From the NCBI GenBank assembly GCA_039096225.1, contig JBBPEB010000025.1:682001-746000 (forward strand): a DNA stretch of 64,000 nucleotides, written 5' to 3'. Below are positions 57,374-64,000 of this stretch, one piece after another. Positions within the stretch are counted from its first letter, which is position 1. Every line of letters starts with the position of its first letter. Below the pieces are notes generated by a model. That model saw nothing but the letters and a program-made list of their open reading frames with translations, searched no databases and had not been told where the DNA came from. Source of the DNA: Blastocystis sp. Blastoise (taxonomy: Eukaryota; Protista; Bigyra: Opalinata). Made by a program: the position numbers and the translations under genes.

Positions 57374-58344
57374 TTAAACCTTGAAACCACGGCTAGCTCT
57401 ACGACCACGAGCCATTTCAAACTTACGACCAGTAGAACGGACCTTAGGTCTAGTAGTAGAAATAATAAAATATATAACATCATAATAAGAAATTATATAT
57501 ATATAAATATTAGATAAAAAAGAAAAAATTCATATTAGTATTGACTTCATCATTCAAATATAACTAAGAATGAATTAAATATATATATATGTTTGTTCAT
57601 ATAAATCTATCTATCCATATAATAATTATATAAAAATAGGAAGATAAATTGTATATATTATTATCATTCTGTTTCTTGAAATTACATTATTGTAGATTGA
57701 TCAATAATATTCATGCACACGCACAAAAATAAATATATCAGAATATAATATAAATATGTAAATAACTATTAATATATATATATGTCTAGTAGTAGAGTTA
57801 GAAGATCCGGGAACACCGAAGTATTTGTAGGCAACACGAGCCTTTCTACGAGCTTGAAGAAGAACGGTATTGGAACCAGTAGGAGCTCTGAGGGCGAGTT
57901 GATCTAAAGTGATACATTCACCACCAGCCTTAACAATTCTAGCACGAGCAGCTTCAGTGAAACCAAGAGCACAAACCTTAAGAGCGGGGACAACAGCCAT
58001 ACGTTCATCATCGGTGATCTTAGCAACGACGACAGCGATCTTGTCTTCCTTGCTCTTCATGTATCTAGCAAGACGAGCGAGACCCATAGGAGGACGATTT
58101 ACACGGCTCATATATAATCTCTTAAGAACAATAGAAGGGAATTTAGCGTTAGTACGACGAGCGAGGAAACGGTAAAGTTGAACTAATAAGGTAATGTAAA
58201 CATTGTTGGACTCGGGATGTTCTCTGTTTTTGTGTCCACAAGCTCTTCCACCAGATACTTTATCAATAGCCAACATATCATCGAAAATAAGATAATAACA
58301 ACAAATAGATCATTTAATATAGATAGAAATAAGAGACATACCAT
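57374..58344 (-). CDS. RPL18: 60S ribosomal protein eL18 (RPL18)
   Basis: M|AIDKVSGGR..SNNVYITLLVQLYRFLARRT..LDQLALRAPTG..STTR|PKVRSTGRKFEMARGRRASRGFKV*. Two introns with non-canonical ends. Confidence 0.97.
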
Positions 58345-59518
58345 TTTGACTTTTCCTTATTGCTGTATAATAAGAATATATTAATCATAAAAAAAAAGTT
58401 GGCAGTGGATAAAAACAAAAAGTTGTTACCCCCACCCTACTTTGTTAAAAAATACAAGTTTTGTTTATACTAACTTTCTTGACCAAGGGGGTAGATTTCC
58501 TTTTCTCAACCAATGAAATTCCTCGTTATTATCCCCATGAAAATATTATAATTCTGACTTGTATTCTTTAAATTCTTGTGAATAATTATTATTTTCGTCA
58601 ATTCTTTTCATTTTTCTTACTTTAAAAAATTTATTTATGAGTTTATATATATATTATTTTTCTGTTTTCAATGAAAATTTTATTTAGAATTGCTTCCTAA
58701 GTCTTGAGTAATCCATATCATAAATCTTATTTGAAATTAAAAGTTATTTTCATATTTCCTTTATTTTTCATTATTTATCATAAGTTGTCATTTTCTGAAC
58801 ATGTGAAATACTAACTATTTATTGAAAAGTAGTTATTTATCAGTGTTTTCATAATTTGAATTGAAGATAGTTAGTTTTCAATAAACTATACTTTTTGAAT
58901 CTAAATTTATATATAATTTGATTTGAACATGACATTCTTATATTTATTGAAAGTTTAATGTTAATGAAATGAAACATTTTTATCATCTTCTTATGAATAT
59001 TTTGTTTGTTTGATATAGGAAAATTGTCCTGAAAAACATATTTACACTTAAAAAATATCTGTTTGTTTTAACTTGAAGATCGAAGTCTTTGGTACTTATC
59101 ATTTACAGTATTAGTGAATGTTGAATCATTGATAATGAAGTCAAATACACATTTGAAGTAGCCTAGAATTTAAATAGATCCATGAACAACGCCGTTTTTA
59201 AACTTCTTGTCTGAAAGAACAAGAACACATTACTTTCGAAAAGAAATTCGAAAAACAGAATCAATACTAAAAAAATTATAAATGCAAAAAACCAGTATTT
59301 CTGAAAACTTGTTGAATTTAACAGAGAAAAAACAGTTATAATCGTGAATCTTCATTGATTCATAAACACTTCAATACTCTCGTTAGAAAAACAATACTGG
59401 AAATGTTTTTTTCTTTTCTTTTAGGACAAATTCTATTTGATTGATTATACAATTCCTGAGCTATTCTAGTAAGTGAATTCTACATGAACTGAAACTATTT
59501 TTGATAGATTAATCAATA

Positions 59519-61699
<2,181 letters not shown>

Positions 61700-62432
61700 A
61701 CTATGTCAAATATATATATATATTTTTTCTTTTTTTTCTTTTTTCATCGTTTCTCCATCATAGTTGCTTTTTTCAGTATATATTTAGGTTTCTATTAATG
61801 TATATTCTTTTCGACTTTTTCTTGAATTTACATTAAACATTTATATGCATTTTTTTTCAGTTCTCAGTCTGTCTATTTCTATCTATTTCTTGTCTTTTAC
61901 AACACTATTTTTACATTTTGTTTCACAGGATTACATGTGTATTAGATTGCATATATATTAGTATTGTTTATAATAGTTCGTCATATTCACTTAATCTTAT
62001 ATAATTATAAATTAATTTCTCTATATAGCTTTATAATTTTTATGAATCTAAAAGTATTTCTTGTACAAGTAATAATAGTAGTATATTTTGATTGATTCTA
62101 TATACACAAGTGACATAAAAAGAAAAAAACTCAATAATTACTTGCTACTCACAACTATCCTATTATTACTTATACTTAATAGACACAAAGATATAATATT
62201 ATAACTATATACCATGTAGTAAAACAAACAACATTCAATTAGAATTCTTTTATGAATTATAAAAACAAGAAAACAAATATCATTTTTAGTATATATGAAT
62301 ATAAAATAAAGAGAGACAAGAAAACAAGAGAGAGGAGTGAATATAAATGATTACTGACTTTTGATAATATATATATAAGATAGAAAAAGATAGAAAAAGA
62401 GAGCTGGGGATAAAATATAGAAATGAAATAAA

Positions 62433-62557
62433 TTAGTCTAGTTTTTCAGCATGGCTTACTACTGCTGAAAGTGCTTGTAAACCATCATTCTTTGTAGGAA
62501 TATTCATGTTATTATTATTATTATTATTATTATTATCTGAGATATTATTATCTGAGA

Positions 62558-62590
<33 letters not shown>

Positions 62591-63428
62591 CAACAGGATT
62601 TCCCTCCTTATCTAATGGTTTTAAATAATCCGCCAAATATCTGGCGCCATCTGCTACATAAGAATTCACTGTACCTACAGCATCCCAAAATCCCTATAGA
62701 AAAAGGTTATATATATACTATATATATCTAATAAATATAATCATTATATAATATTCAAAAAATACTAATTATATAAATATATACTATATATATCTAATAA
62801 ACATAATCATTATATAATATTCAAAAATACTAATTATATAAATATATAATATATATACTTTCGATATGCTTTCAGAATCAATAATAACTATATATAGATA
62901 TTATATATATATATATATATTTAAATCTTTTTATCAATTATATATATATAGAATTCTATTTACTATTATATTGTTTTTTAGAGGCATCATCAGGTGTTGC
63001 TAAGTATATAAGAAAAATTATATATATATATTTACCTTTAGAGTCAGATTCAGACTGATTATCTGATGTATTCGGTGCAGATTTATTTGTAACAAACAAA
63101 TTAATAGGTATTTGTGGCATGGTGAAGAAGTCATCTATAAAAATATAACCAAATAAATTGCGAATCTATTGACAAGAGTATTTTATATTAATACAACGAT
63201 TATTTGGTAAACTCATTGATGATTGAGCACGTAAATACTCTGAAGCAAGATTTAAACTATATCAAAAGAACAGAAATAAGATAGCATTTATAAATAAATA
63301 CATTAGTAAGAAAAATACCTTTCCGTAGCTTTCTCGATGTTTCCTTCTAATTGATATTGAAGAGCTTCATCCGCTCGAATCTCGGCCAAACCATTGTAAT
63401 CAATTCCTGTACGTAAAATCCAATTCAT
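62433..63428 (-). CDS. Hypothetical protein (~190 aa)
   Basis: Six frame-consistent GT-AG exons: MNWILRTGIDYNGLAEIRADEALQYQLEGNIEKATESLNLASEYLRAQ..GFWDAVGTVNSYVADGARYLADYLKP..HAEKLD*. Confidence 0.65.
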
Positions 63429-64000
63429 AATTTCAAAAAAAACAAAAATAATAAACATAAAGAACTTTTTTCTTTTTTTATACAGTTATTCTTCCATTTT
63501 GGTTTCGTTTTTTTTTTGGTTCTTTTTAGTTATCTGCTAAAAAATGCATATATCATTTACGGACACTTTTATGGTTATATGTGAAATACATTATATTATT
63601 TCTAACTCTGGTTTAGTATCCGTCTCATGGTGATTTCCTTTTTTGTTTGATTCTTCATATTTCTATATTCAATTGAAGAAATAACTAATAAGTTGAGTCT
63701 GTTTTAATCAGTTTTAGACAATAATTTTTCTAATGACTTTCTCGTTTATTTTGTTCTTCAGTTGTGAAAACATAGTTCTTCATTAAATTATATGTACTAT
63801 AATATTTCTTGAATATTAAAAGTCTGGGAAAAATGACAATCAACTAAAACTTCAACAATATTCACATTCATCCTCTATCAGTATTTCTTGAATCGATTTC
63901 TAATTATACGAAACTACTAATACCGAGCAGGTATGTTCTAGATACCAACAAAAATATTTAAATTCTATAAATGAATAATAGTCATCTTTATTCTTCATTT

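Noticed and set aside
57500-57745. Box C/D snoRNA in RPL18 intron 2
   Set aside because: An ATGATGA is present on the sense strand (57553-57547), but the only CTGA lies upstream of it, so the box order is wrong.
58345-59518. Hidden gene or ncRNA in the 1.2 kb RPL18-MAPK spacer
   Set aside because: No supportable ORF or fold. It contains only CCAAT-type promoter sequence and a probable MAPK 5'UTR intron (GTAAGT ~59469 to TAG ~59507).

Overview
Very AT-rich, gene-dense, intron-rich eukaryotic nuclear DNA. The long 'IYIY/LLLL/IIII' ORFs in the track are microsatellite-filled introns, so I rebuilt gene models by hand from GT(A/G)T..YAG junctions and frame continuity. About 21 protein-coding genes, in order: catalytically degenerate bacterial-type sulfatase (runs off the left edge), type II membrane protein with phage-structural-protein-like ends, glycogen phosphorylase, FCF2, TBCA, DUF1294, Cdc25-like phosphatase, a ~2,900 aa KNL1/Spc105-like protein, VPS9 GEF, RAB3GAP2, ZSWIM7/Sws1, SYP7 SNARE, BUD13, WASHC4, mitochondrial uL22, SAP+2xRRM protein, ZRANB2, a 4x SBP-like zinc-finger protein, RPL18, an atypical TQH MAPK and an orphan. 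Gene content and 3' TGTTT(T)GTT motifs suggest an AT-rich Blastocystis-like stramenopile (inference). Most interesting signals: (1) a palindromic TTCCCGCGGGAA-type motif strongly enriched in exons in varied frames and both strands; (2) an 891-nt highly base-paired intron in the SAP-RRM gene; (3) tandem SBP-like fingers outside plants; (4) a MAPK ending in a polybasic CaaX box; (5) a clean U12 AT-AC intron; (6) introns made only of GT(AT)nAG; (7) a mirror-symmetric bidirectional promoter; (8) non-canonical RPL18 splice sites that may be polishing artefacts. No rRNA, tRNA, CRISPR or autonomous mobile element was recognised.
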